From: a virus | Length of the DNA stretch: 64,000 nt | Virus record (IMG/VR): IMGVR_UViG_3300047510_003392 | Coordinates: 1-64,000 of that record | Reading direction: 5' to 3' (one strand) | In this document: one piece after another, positions 30,126-39,316 of the stretch | Layout of the letters: the number at the start of each line of letters is the position of its first letter | How positions within the stretch are numbered: the first letter of the stretch is position 1 | Program-made: the position numbers and the translations under genes | Notes under the pieces: generated by a model | The model's database searches: none | Seen by the model: only the letters and a program-made list of their open reading frames with translations | Told to the model about the DNA's origin: nothing

Positions 30126-30596
30126 TTATGCCTCCATTAGTTCTTTGATTTGCTTTTCGTTATATCCGTATTTGCCAACAATGCCAACAATATCAGCCTT
30201 TGTCAAGATGGATATATACTCAAGCACATTTCTTTCGCTGTCTTGAAAATGGTTGGATAGCAGAGTGAGTAGAGCAGGATTATACTTCTCACTCTTGCTC
30301 TTGATATATGGATAAAATGCCTTACGCTTTGGCACAAAAGCAATCAGAACCTTATAAAACTCTTTGGGAGATAATACGCCGCTATATTTCTGTACGTGAT
30401 TCAATGTATCAATAAGTTCAGGTTGCATGCTTAGAAAACGGCATACCATAAAGTTGGACCAACTCTTTTTGTCGGCGTCGGTAAGTTTGTCAAAATAATC
30501 AATGTCCTGCTTTTCGCGAACATGATTGATATGATCAAACAATCCCTTGGGCTTTGTTATGGCAGCAATAGTTTCTGTTGCTTTTTTTCTTGGCAT
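30126..30596 (-). CDS. Putative clamp-loader small subunit (T4 gp62-like)
   Basis: LFDHIN...WSNFMVCRFLSM...N...Y..L...VPKRKAFYPYIK; start MPRKKA. Confidence 0.55.
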   Translation of the reverse strand: MPRKKATETIAAITKPKGLFDHINHVREKQDIDYFDKLTDADKKSWSNFMVCRFLSMQPELIDTLNHVQKYSGVLSPKEFYKVLIAFVPKRKAFYPYIKSKSEKYNPALLTLLSNHFQDSERNVLEYISILTKADIVGIVGKYGYNEKQIKELMEA

Positions 30597-30597
30597 T

Positions 30598-30807
30598 TTA
30601 GGATTTAGTCCAGACACGCTTATCGTATTGTACAAAGGTTGTCAATCCAAAGCCATTCTTGGCATTGGACCATACACCAGCATCATTTTTTGACGATGTA
30701 ATCTTTGTAAATACAGCAGAAGTTGATTCTACAGGCTTAGTCAAGTAAAACTTGCTGCCAATAGCCAACTTGCCAAACTCAATCTGCTTTGTTGTTTCGT
30801 CGCTCAT
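30598..30807 (-). CDS. Small hypothetical protein
   Basis: MSDETTKQIEFGKLAIGSKF... Confidence 0.6.
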   Translation of the reverse strand: MSDETTKQIEFGKLAIGSKFYLTKPVESTSAVFTKITSSKNDAGVWSNAKNGFGLTTFVQYDKRVWTKS

Positions 30808-31123
30808 TTTTGTTTTCCTCTTTTGGTAGTTCAACCGGTTCTTTGTCCTTTGATAAAAGACGCTGAACGTGCTGTTCTAATCTATGAAATCGTGATTGAT
30901 ATTCTGTATGTTTGCCTGATAGTTTATCCAACTTGCTGGTTTGACGCTTTAGATTGTCAAATATTATTCTTAGTGTTTCTGTGATGGCGTTGCCATTTTC
31001 AACTATAGTAGTTTTATTTGTCTTGTCCATCTTCTTTATCATAAGATAAAACTTATAACAAGAATACGCCAGACACAACTCAATAATGAATACCGCAGCC
31101 AGAAGTATATAAAAAAAGGTCAT
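30779..31123 (-). CDS. Membrane-anchored coiled-coil protein
   Basis: N-terminal TM helix then heptads. Confidence 0.6.
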   Translation of the reverse strand: MTFFYILLAAVFIIELCLAYSCYKFYLMIKKMDKTNKTTIVENGNAITETLRIIFDNLKRQTSKLDKLSGKHTEYQSRFHRLEQHVQRLLSKDKEPVELPKEENKNERRNNKAD

Positions 31124-31164
31124 AAATAAATACCCCGATAATATAAATCAGGGTATTGTTGTTG

Positions 31165-31824
31165 TCAAGATGCTATTTCTTGCCTTATTTCGGTAACATT
31201 ATCCAAGAAATGTATCCAACTTGGATGATGTGCGATTTGTATGGTTGAACTTACTGGCACAGCCCTTGGTGCCTTTGGCTTGCGAATAAGTTTTAGCCCA
31301 GCCTGCTCTGGTGTTTTATCACCTTTCTTGCTGTTTATTTCTTTATGACACCATACCATATTCTCAAACGTATTCTTGCCACCCTTGGTTCTAGGAATAA
31401 CGTGGTCAATGTTGCCGTCTTTCCAAGAAATCTGACGACCCGTATATTGACATACTCCACCATCACGCTTACGAATGCTTTCTTTGGTCGGACGAGGAGT
31501 AACTACAGGCATCTTGCTATAGTTTGGCTGAATAATGACACGCGGAGCCCGAATAGTCATATTAGAGGTATGTATAGCAAGATCATAATCTCTTATAGGC
31601 AGATTCTTCCAAGTTTCCCAATCAACCGGCTGAACATATTCTGGATTATCCCAATCCACGCTGCCATTTTCATCCACAGGAAAGTTCATATCTATGGCAA
31701 GAGCAGGCGGATTATTGCCATCAACCCCGCCCAGCATAGAAATAAGAGCCTCCTTGACAGTCTTTGTATTCAAAGCCTGCCATAAGTTATTTAGGCACAA
31801 TACTGGTTGGGAGATAACATTCAT
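31165..31824 (-). CDS. HNH endonuclease (McrA-like)
   Basis: VLCLN, IRKRDGGVCQYTG, NIDHVIPRTKGG..TFENMV.C...NSKKGDKTPEQAGL. Confidence 0.88.
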   Translation of the reverse strand: MNVISQPVLCLNNLWQALNTKTVKEALISMLGGVDGNNPPALAIDMNFPVDENGSVDWDNPEYVQPVDWETWKNLPIRDYDLAIHTSNMTIRAPRVIIQPNYSKMPVVTPRPTKESIRKRDGGVCQYTGRQISWKDGNIDHVIPRTKGGKNTFENMVWCHKEINSKKGDKTPEQAGLKLIRKPKAPRAVPVSSTIQIAHHPSWIHFLDNVTEIRQEIAS

Positions 31825-31876
31825 AATATATCCTTTCAGATATAACTATGACTACAATAATATAAAAAGTCAAGTG

Positions 31877-32080
31877 TTATTTCTTGGCAGGTATAACTTT
31901 TTCAATCCTGAAGTATGGGTCAAAGTCAATCTCCATATCATCATCAAATAATACAACGGTTCTATTGGCCTTTTGTATTACCGTGGTTACTTTCATTTTT
32001 TTACCTGTTGAAGATATTACAACATCTCCAACTTCAAGACGCTTGGCGATTTTGTCTGTATGTGCTGTTTTTGTCATCAT
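31877..32080 (-). CDS. Small beta-barrel-like hypothetical protein
   Basis: AKRLEVGDVV pattern. Confidence 0.55.
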   Translation of the reverse strand: MMTKTAHTDKIAKRLEVGDVVISSTGKKMKVTTVIQKANRTVVLFDDDMEIDFDPYFRIEKVIPAKK

Positions 32081-32089
32081 AAATAAATA

Positions 32090-32275
32090 TTAGTATTTTG
32101 TAGAAAGATGCCAATATCCGCAATAGCTACATTTGTATGGTGTTCTATCACTACGATACTCTGTCAGTATTCTTTTAGCATCACGAATCGCATCGTTGCG
32201 AGATTCATAGTTTGTTTTAGTTTCGCAAGATAGTTTATGATGGTTATTGAGTTTGGTAATATGCTTTCTTTTCAT
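32090..32275 (-). CDS. Small Zn-finger-like protein
   Basis: C..K..Y.S...A....YKCSYCGYWHLS. Confidence 0.65.
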   Translation of the reverse strand: MKRKHITKLNNHHKLSCETKTNYESRNDAIRDAKRILTEYRSDRTPYKCSYCGYWHLSTKY

Positions 32276-32307
32276 AACATATTATGCGAAGAATATATAG
32301 TGTCAAT

Positions 32308-32339
32308 AAAAAATCCCCCAAAGTAACTTGGGGGATTTT
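32308..32339 (-). terminator. Intrinsic terminator
   Basis: aaaatcccccaa-agtaac-ttgggggatttt hairpin with U-tract on minus strand. Confidence 0.7.
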
Positions 32340-32361
32340 GTTACAGCTATGCTTCTTATCG

Positions 32362-32568
32362 TTAGGCAATGACCGAACGAAGAGCAGCAACCTGGCGACC
32401 AGTCAAGCGGATACGGGTGAACTTACCAGTTTCCGGATTTGTGCCACCAAGAGTGAGAAACGTAGAAACGCTCTTCTTGTTAGCCTTAGAGAAGTACAGA
32501 GCAAAACCATCGTTGATGACGGTAGTAGCAGTCTTCTTACCATTGTGTGTCTTTGTAACCTTTTTCAT
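32362..32568 (-). CDS. Small basic protein
   Basis: 68 aa ORF with own promoter (TTGACA-16-CATAAT) and terminator. Confidence 0.65.
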   Translation of the reverse strand: MKKVTKTHNGKKTATTVINDGFALYFSKANKKSVSTFLTLGGTNPETGKFTRIRLTGRQVAALRSVIA

Positions 32569-32634
32569 ATGTTTATGTAGTTTGTTTTGTGTTTTATTAT
32601 TCTTATGTTGAATAAGATAAATACATTATGTAGA

Positions 32635-33594
32635 TTACTCGCAGATTGTCAATAGATTTTCGCGAGAAATCTTAGTTATAGCGAGTTCTTTCTGCTTAAA
32701 CTCGAAGTCAAGGTGTAGATTACCTTTGTAATTGGCATAAATGGACGGCATCATAGTGGGAAAGTCGGCGTGAGCACGCGGATTTTTACCGGGCAATGAC
32801 TCGCTGAAATGAAACAATGGAATAACGCCAGTTGGCCAAGTTGATATTGCCGTCTCAAAAGCAAACTCCTCACTGGTTGAGTCGGGATTACACATATGAT
32901 GAAGATTGTCAAATGTGATTGGAATGCCCAGCCGCTTGTATGTGTTTTCATACAATGCCATTACACTCCAACTCTTTAGCTTATCTTCGTTCTCCAACAC
33001 TAAACGACTACGCACACCGTCGCTCATATTATGATATACTTTCTGAAATCTATCTGTTGTTTCGGCGTAGTTACCGTTGTTATAACAGTTCATATGAATA
33101 TTGATAGGAGCTTCATAGCTTCGTGGAAGCTCAAGCATATCCATAATCATAGCGTGTTGATCCAAGTCTCGTATAGAGTTTTCAACAACTTTTGGATTTG
33201 GACTGGCAGGCACAACAAACTGGTCCGGATGCATGCTACAACGAATGCTGTGTTTCTTGATGGTGTTTGCCGCAGCACTAAACTCGGCGTATATAGCATC
33301 AGCATTGTAAAAATCATCCACACCAAAACTCAAATCTGGATGTGTCATTAGCGGAAACACATTACTACCGATACGATAGTTCCAGTTATTGACCGCACAT
33401 TCTTTTAGAATAGCATGAATAGTTTTGATATTGTTATATGAACGGTCAGCAAGAACTTTCATTGCTTGCTTCTTGCCCAACTTTTTATATTGGGCATATG
33501 TCATTACATTGAACTTGGTTTCTTGCTCTTGTAGTCCTACGTGGATACAACAAAGAGATGGAGTAATATTAGATGGTAAAATCATGACATACAT
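32635..33594 (-). CDS. uvsE: UV-damage endonuclease
   Basis: YRIGSNVFP, RCSMHPDQF, INIHM, RLVLENED, ITFDNLHH, PLFHFSES, RAHAD, EFKQKELAI. Confidence 0.9.
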   Translation of the reverse strand: MYVMILPSNITPSLCCIHVGLQEQETKFNVMTYAQYKKLGKKQAMKVLADRSYNNIKTIHAILKECAVNNWNYRIGSNVFPLMTHPDLSFGVDDFYNADAIYAEFSAAANTIKKHSIRCSMHPDQFVVPASPNPKVVENSIRDLDQHAMIMDMLELPRSYEAPINIHMNCYNNGNYAETTDRFQKVYHNMSDGVRSRLVLENEDKLKSWSVMALYENTYKRLGIPITFDNLHHMCNPDSTSEEFAFETAISTWPTGVIPLFHFSESLPGKNPRAHADFPTMMPSIYANYKGNLHLDFEFKQKELAITKISRENLLTICE

Positions 33595-33622
33595 ATTATA
33601 CCATAAAATGTTGTTGTCAAAG

Positions 33623-34299
33623 CAATAAAAAAGAGCCTCTAAATAACTTAATAACAGCCAGTCGCTTATTCTATATTTGTAAGTTTAAAACTCGCCATTC
33701 CGCCGTAGGAAATTTTTTCCCACGCATAGTTTTTATATTTTTCTTTGATTTTTTGGAGCATCACTTCTCCGGTTTTATGCAAGTTATCCATGTCATCGTT
33801 TTCGTGCGGCCATTCTTCAAAAATTATTTCTCTAATTTTTATTTTGTTTAAGTCTATAGATTCTAGTATTTCACAATCTAATCCCTCGGTATCTATGGAT
33901 AATTGAAAAATTTCATTTATTTCCAGTAACTCGCACATAGTACTAAACTTGACAGTTTCTATCGTGATAGACCCAGATAAATGCGGATACGTTTTTCTGC
34001 GCATTAAACTGCTCAATCCACTGTGTCCATATAGGTGCAAATTCGCTTCGCCTTCTTTAACTGATATCCCTTTATTAAAATATATAATATTGTGTTTTTT
34101 ACTCAACGTAGAATAATTTGATTGTAATTCATTTAATAGTTGAACATTTGGTTCCACCAAAACAACACGCACACTTTCTGTCAATCCTTCTATCATCCGC
34201 TGAAATTCGTCGTTTCCTACATTGGCACCAATTTGAACATATGTATTCATTTAATAATATATATAAAGGATTGGCATAAAACCAATAAAAAAGAGCCTC
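33623..34299. repeat. 17-bp direct repeats flanking an FkbM gene
   Basis: caataaaaaagagcctc at 33623-33639 and 34283-34299. Confidence 0.8.
33666..34250 (-). CDS. FkbM-family methyltransferase
   Basis: VQIGANVG, LVEPN, LSIDTEGLD.EIL. Confidence 0.8.
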   Translation of the reverse strand: MNTYVQIGANVGNDEFQRMIEGLTESVRVVLVEPNVQLLNELQSNYSTLSKKHNIIYFNKGISVKEGEANLHLYGHSGLSSLMRRKTYPHLSGSITIETVKFSTMCELLEINEIFQLSIDTEGLDCEILESIDLNKIKIREIIFEEWPHENDDMDNLHKTGEVMLQKIKEKYKNYAWEKISYGGMASFKLTNIE

Positions 34300-34312
34300 G
34301 TTGGAGGCTCTT
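34287..34312 (-). terminator. Intrinsic terminator
   Basis: aagagcctc-gttg-gaggctctt hairpin with U-tract on minus strand. Confidence 0.7.
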
Positions 34313-34340
34313 GTTTATAACCAAGTTGTGGTATGTTATA

Positions 34341-35057
34341 TTAGAACTTGACGGTAACAAATCCACCAACCCAACTATCGTTGGTTGTGACAGAGTTATT
34401 GAGGTAATTATGGCGATAGCCAGCACCAACAACGACATTCTGTGCTTCATACACCAAGTCAAGCTTACCAGTTACATAATAATACGAATCCTTGACAGTA
34501 GGACCACGACGCTCGGGCAGAGCATCCTTGGCACCAACCCATCCAAGGGTAGCGGCAGGAACCAACTTGAAACCCTTAGCAAGCAAGAAAAGGTTGATTG
34601 GCTGGCTGAGAGAGCCTTCGGCAAACACCTGACGTAGATTCAGGTCATAGCCTGCGGCTACGGTTGGGCTCAAGAAAGCATCATAAGCCAGAGAGCCAAA
34701 CACTTCAACGCTATAATTTGTTTCGCCTTTTGCTGGTGCAGCCTTGGGATAAAAATATCCAACGCCACCGACCTTGAGGGTGGTTGCCTTGTCAATAGCA
34801 TATCCCTGCGTCAAGGCCACGTCAAGCTCGCGAACGGTTGTATTCAAATTGTCGAAGTTCCATAGACCAAGCACAGTCAAACTGGTCTTGGATGGCAGAT
34901 TGACGGTGACTTCGGAAGTACCTACATTGGTTCCTCCAGCAACTCCGCGAAACACATAGTCACTCTCAAATCCAGCAGTAGCCGATACTGTCTGGGAAAA
35001 AGAAACCGATGTGATTGCAATCAATCCTACGATTAGTTTAGTAATATATTTCTTCAT
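34341..35057 (-). CDS. Outer-membrane beta-barrel protein (TIGR02001/TorF-like, Opitutus-type)
   Basis: Signal peptide, ESDYVFRG, ELD, alternating beta strands, C-terminal Phe (VGGFVTVKF). Confidence 0.75.
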   Translation of the reverse strand: MKKYITKLIVGLIAITSVSFSQTVSATAGFESDYVFRGVAGGTNVGTSEVTVNLPSKTSLTVLGLWNFDNLNTTVRELDVALTQGYAIDKATTLKVGGVGYFYPKAAPAKGETNYSVEVFGSLAYDAFLSPTVAAGYDLNLRQVFAEGSLSQPINLFLLAKGFKLVPAATLGWVGAKDALPERRGPTVKDSYYYVTGKLDLVYEAQNVVVGAGYRHNYLNNSVTTNDSWVGGFVTVKF

Positions 35058-35135
35058 ATTTATTTTATATTTAGTTATTGTTTCTTCACGTTTTTCGCAA
35101 AGTACCGATAACTATACGATATAAAATCTTTTATG

Positions 35136-35825
35136 TCAATATATAAAATCCGGGTTGGTTCGCGTGGAATATTTTCTAATATAATCTTTTGATTTAAAAA
35201 AAGGATGCAATCTAGCATAACTTCCATTTGTTATTTGTAAATTCAACACATTTTTTCCGACGAGCCTATCTGCTTCCCAAGCTCCAAATTTTTTTGCAAA
35301 GTCGATGATCTTCTTCGATCCAGAAGGCGAAATTATATACGCATAGCATCCAGCAAAATGTTCTCCGGTAAATTCTCTATCTGAGGTCCATTTGTTGGAG
35401 TTTAAAAAATCTTTTACTCCCGTTGGGTGTTCCTTGGAAAGTATTTCATTATAATTGCTTCTATATGGTCTGCTAGGATCTAAATGACACACATCTTGTA
35501 TTTGATCTATAATGTCGTCTATATTTCTTAGCAATAATCCATCGTGTTCTAGTATTAGAACTTTCTCATTTATATCTACACACTTTTGCCACAAACAATA
35601 ATGACTCGCAAAGCAAGCTTGTGTGGCAAGTTCTGTTGCTTTTTTTATCATAAACTCTTCGGACATTTTTACATCATATTCCGAAAAAAATTTATTTAGT
35701 GTTTTTGGTACTATGGCATCAAAGTAACACGCATCTATACCAAATTTAATACAAGATTCGTATGCATCTTTTGCAAGTTTAGTCGAAAATTCATGACCTA
35801 ATATACGAATAATAAAACCTTTCAT
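35136..35825 (-). CDS. Glycosyltransferase family 25-like
   Basis: ACFASHYCLWQKC, LILEHDG, AYIISPSGSKKII. Confidence 0.8.
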   Translation of the reverse strand: MKGFIIRILGHEFSTKLAKDAYESCIKFGIDACYFDAIVPKTLNKFFSEYDVKMSEEFMIKKATELATQACFASHYCLWQKCVDINEKVLILEHDGLLLRNIDDIIDQIQDVCHLDPSRPYRSNYNEILSKEHPTGVKDFLNSNKWTSDREFTGEHFAGCYAYIISPSGSKKIIDFAKKFGAWEADRLVGKNVLNLQITNGSYARLHPFFKSKDYIRKYSTRTNPDFIY

Positions 35826-35829
35826 AAAA

Positions 35830-36210
35830 TGGTGGACGTGAGGGGAGTTGAACCCCTGTGCTGTATAATATAACTACAACCATATACATGCTTATCTCTT
35901 ATAATCCGACTAAGTTTGGTAGAGCACCACTTAGAAGTTGAGGACTCGTGTTTCTCGCTGTTGTTACGACCCTCGTCCTTACAACAGCAAGCAGATGGTC
36001 GAGCGTTTTATTCTATATATCTGCGTCAATAGATAAAACGGGTAGCAACTTAGGCTACAGCAACTTCGCTCTTACGGCTTACGCTTAGGAACGATGTCTT
36101 AGCAAGATTTCTCTTAGCATTTATTTTTTCCAACGGGTATTATACAGAGACATTAGACTCTGTGCATGCGGACTGCATCTACACTATATAGTAGAATCCA
36201 GAACACGCCC
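35830..36210 (-). ncRNA. ssrA: tmRNA; tag peptide (A)AKRNLAKTSFLSVSRKSEVAVA* at 36118-36050
   Basis: 5' GGGCGTG pairs with 3' CACGTCC-ACCA incl. G3.U Ala determinant; GGATTCTAC after acceptor; T arm AGGGG-TTCAACT-CCCCT; 381 nt; AUAAAU before GCU resume codon. Confidence 0.93.
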
Positions 36211-36221
36211 ATAATAAAAAA

Positions 36222-36405
36222 TAGAAAACGTGTAGGGGCTAGGTGTTTGGGCACCGGCACCGGAAATACATTCGGGTATTTCATCCTATCCCAACAACTT
36301 CGGCTATTTAGACAAGAATAAAACTTGATGCCTACTATGATGTTATGTGAGAATAGTCGCAAGTTTTACAAACAACGACTCTTTTAACTACCCTACACGC
36401 TTCTA
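36222..36405 (-). ncRNA. Candidate structured RNA upstream of tmRNA
   Basis: Closing stem cgtgtaggg (36229-36237)/ccctacacg (36391-36399), internal hairpins, no convincing ORF. Confidence 0.45.
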
Positions 36406-36537
36406 AAAGTGATTCAAAGAACGACAACTATAATTATCTAGATATATCGTCTTGTCAATACTTTTTATTTGAGGAAATTTTTATAAAAATTATATTCTGG
36501 TTGACATATACAATACTTAGAATAATATTTTATTTTT

Positions 36538-36891
36538 ATGTATAAACTATTTCTTGATGATGTAAGAGAACCGGAACAAGTGACTTGGGTAAAACTACCA
36601 GATGGTCCTTGGGAAATTGTGCGTAACTATGGTCAATTCGTTGAGCATATCTCAAAGAATGGTATTCCATCATTTGTTGCCTTTGACCACGACCTTGCGG
36701 AAGAGCATTATGGTGCTAACCCAAGAAGTGAATTCAAAGAGAAAACGGGATATCATTGTGCCAAGTGGCTGATTGAAAAGTGTATGAACGAAGACACAAA
36801 CTTTCCGCACTATGTTGTTCATAGCATGAATCCCGTAGGAAAGATGAATATCACCAGTTTGGTTGAAAACTTCAAGAATACCATCAAGTGA
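36538..36891 (+). CDS. Cyclic-phosphate-processing receiver-like domain protein
   Basis: KLFLDDVR, FDHDL, TGYHCAKWL, VHSMNPVG. Confidence 0.75.
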   Translation: MYKLFLDDVREPEQVTWVKLPDGPWEIVRNYGQFVEHISKNGIPSFVAFDHDLAEEHYGANPRSEFKEKTGYHCAKWLIEKCMNEDTNFPHYVVHSMNPVGKMNITSLVENFKNTIK

Positions 36892-37553
36892 AGAAGTTAT
36901 CATTCAAGAGTTCTGAGCAAAAGATATGGTTTGTGTCCGACTTACACGTTGGACACAACAAGCCATTTATATTAAACCCTCGCTTTTACAATAATGTAAA
37001 TGAGGCAGTTCAGCACACTTTTGATATGATGTATAGTCATATTGGTCCAGATGATATACTATTCAATCTTGGCGATATGGTATGCGGTGCAGGCCAAGCT
37101 TCAGAAGAATATGCCAAAAGAGTGGTAAATATACCTTGTAAGCAACATTACTATATTTGGGGCAATCATAGTGCTGGCATCAAGGGGTTATATGACAAAG
37201 TAAGAAATGATATTGGCTTGCTTGCAGATGACATTGATATGTATCCTCTTCCATATCCAAATAGTCCATTTATTTTTCTTGGACATTATGCGGAAGTATT
37301 CATTGATAGCACGCCAGTTGTATTGACTCATTATCCTATTGCTTCGTGGAATCATATGGGGGATGGTGGGTATAATATCCACGGTCATTGTCATAGAAGC
37401 ATGAAAGAGGATAATAGTCTTAAGCGTCTTGATGTAGGATGGGATTGGAAAAAGCGACCTGTTGAATGGAATGAGATTGTGCGAGAACTTAAATCAAACA
37501 AGTTTAGCCCAGTGGATCATCATGGTGCAGACACCAGTTCTTTTTTTGAATAA
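36888..37553 (+). CDS. Calcineurin-like metallophosphoesterase
   Basis: SDLHVGH, LGDM, GNH, THYP, HGHCH, DVGWD. Confidence 0.88.
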   Translation: MKKLSFKSSEQKIWFVSDLHVGHNKPFILNPRFYNNVNEAVQHTFDMMYSHIGPDDILFNLGDMVCGAGQASEEYAKRVVNIPCKQHYYIWGNHSAGIKGLYDKVRNDIGLLADDIDMYPLPYPNSPFIFLGHYAEVFIDSTPVVLTHYPIASWNHMGDGGYNIHGHCHRSMKEDNSLKRLDVGWDWKKRPVEWNEIVRELKSNKFSPVDHHGADTSSFFE

Positions 37554-37558
37554 AATTT

Positions 37559-38041
37559 ATGAAAAAACTAATACACAAAGATGGTAATCTGCTTACAGCA
37601 ACGGACGTTGAAGTAATTGCTCATCAAGCCAACTGCCAAAACATATTTGGAGCAGGTATTGCCAAAAGCATAAAAGAAATGTATCCCAAGGCATATCACG
37701 CAGATACTATGGCATACAAGGATGGTAAGGCAGTGCTTGGAAGTTATAGTTTTTGTCATATGGATGGAAATCCTTTCAAGAAGATTTTCAACCTATATGG
37801 TCAAAATTTGTATGGCTCAAAGACTAGAATGACAAACTACAATGCGTTGTATGATGCTCTTGAAGGTATGAAGAACTATCTTGTAGACAATGACGAAGAT
37901 TTGCCAGTTCCGAATATTGGATTTCCATATCTTATGGGATGTGGACTTGGCGGTGGCGATTGGAGAATAGTAGAAAGATTGATTGAAGTCGCCTTTCACA
38001 ACTATGAAGGTGATATAGTAATATATAAATTAAAAGGATAA
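37559..38041 (+). CDS. Macro domain protein (ADP-ribose/Appr-1-p processing)
   Basis: GNLL, IAHQANC..FGAGIA..IK..YP, NLYGQ, FPYLMGCGLGGGDW. Confidence 0.88.
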   Translation: MKKLIHKDGNLLTATDVEVIAHQANCQNIFGAGIAKSIKEMYPKAYHADTMAYKDGKAVLGSYSFCHMDGNPFKKIFNLYGQNLYGSKTRMTNYNALYDALEGMKNYLVDNDEDLPVPNIGFPYLMGCGLGGGDWRIVERLIEVAFHNYEGDIVIYKLKG

Positions 38042-38042
38042 C

Positions 38043-38078
38043 AAAAAAGCCCCGAGAAATCGGGGCTTTTGTTTTTTT
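38043..38078. terminator. Bidirectional intrinsic terminator
   Basis: aaaaaagccccga-gaaa-tcggggcttttgtttttt between convergent genes. Confidence 0.8.
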
Positions 38079-38093
38079 ACTAAATTTGCTTAT

Positions 38094-38780
38094 TTACCAA
38101 ACAAGCGTTACCATTCCTGCACCGCCGGTTCCCTCGGTTTTGACAGGAGTACTGCTTTCTCCGGAGTATCCGCCGCCACCACCGCCGCCTGGCAAATCGC
38201 CATCGGTTGCGGTAATGAGCCTTGAACATGGGCCAGCATCGTAATATGCGGCATTTCCGCCGTTACCTCCACCCGCTGCTGCACCAGATGCACCAAGAGA
38301 CCCGGTCAGAGAGTGACCAAATTGGGAGAAAGATGCACCCGTATCAAGTCCATCTCCTGCGGAGATTCCATTTCCTAGTCCGCCAGCCGCCGATCCGCCA
38401 CCAGCAGCGCCATAATTTCCATACGCACCCAAGAACGTTCCTCCGGTTCCTCCTGTGTATTTTGTACTTCCGGTGTTAAATGCCGTTTGACCGGTAATTG
38501 TTCCATCGGATCTTCCACCAGCAGCTTGAAGAACGATTACGCTGGCAGATATAAAATTTGATACTCCTCCGTTGCCAAGACCATCCGCATTGGGTTGGCC
38601 TATGTTTATGGTGTATGACCCAGATTCGACGCTGAACGACTTTACGGCATAAGAGGCACCAGATCCTCCAGTACCATTAGGATTTCCATTTCCACCGGCT
38701 CCCCAGCAGGAAGCAGTGATATTTCTCAGAGATTCCGTAACGGCTAATATTCCGGACGTGTAGTATGTTGTTGTAGGCAT
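38094..38780 (-). CDS. Glycine-rich virion/tail-associated protein
   Basis: CWGAGG.G...GGSGASY, PGGGGGGG, GGAGMVTLVW glycine-rich domain. Confidence 0.7.
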   Translation of the reverse strand: MPTTTYYTSGILAVTESLRNITASCWGAGGNGNPNGTGGSGASYAVKSFSVESGSYTINIGQPNADGLGNGGVSNFISASVIVLQAAGGRSDGTITGQTAFNTGSTKYTGGTGGTFLGAYGNYGAAGGGSAAGGLGNGISAGDGLDTGASFSQFGHSLTGSLGASGAAAGGGNGGNAAYYDAGPCSRLITATDGDLPGGGGGGGYSGESSTPVKTEGTGGAGMVTLVW

Positions 38781-38855
38781 AATTTATAATATGATTATTG
38801 TTCAGTTATAATTATAATATATTTTCAATAAAACTTAACTTTTATCATATATAAG

Positions 38856-38882
38856 AAAAATCCCACCGCAGGGTGGGATTTT
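38856..38882 (-). terminator. Intrinsic terminator
   Basis: aaaatcccacc-gcag-ggtgggatttt. Confidence 0.7.
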
Positions 38883-38885
38883 ATT

Positions 38886-39308
38886 TTATACATCAGTTGG
38901 TGATGGAGTAGGAGTTGGTGTAGGAGATAATGGATCAAATGTAGGTTCTGGAGTTGGTGTAGGTGTTGCCCAAGGAGGTGGCAAATATGCAATTGGAGGA
39001 TTTATTAAGTTATCAATTTGTTGATCTATCGACGAGCGCATTGATGCAAGTTTTTCTGCACCCAGAGATTCTTCCACCCATTCCTGAACAATAGCTTCTG
39101 TAAGTTGTTCGTATGGTATAAATGGACGACTGCCAGAAACAAATGGAGATATTGTTTGTGCTCCAAACATTTGATAGCTATGACTTCCAGAGTCAGGACT
39201 GCAATTTCCGGTATAATACCAGTGTACTATATATACCACATTTTCTAAACCCTCTTGATGTGTATATGTTTGTAATGTAGGAAATGTCCAAGTATATGTA
39301 TTTGCCAT
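38886..39308 (-). CDS. Tail-fibre-associated phage protein with Pro-Thr tail
   Basis: TYTW...VHW..G...FIPYEQLTE..VQEWV...LINPP; C-terminal (TP)n repeats. Confidence 0.65.
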   Translation of the reverse strand: MANTYTWTFPTLQTYTHQEGLENVVYIVHWYYTGNCSPDSGSHSYQMFGAQTISPFVSGSRPFIPYEQLTEAIVQEWVEESLGAEKLASMRSSIDQQIDNLINPPIAYLPPPWATPTPTPEPTFDPLSPTPTPTPSPTDV

Positions 39309-39316
39309 AATGTTAT

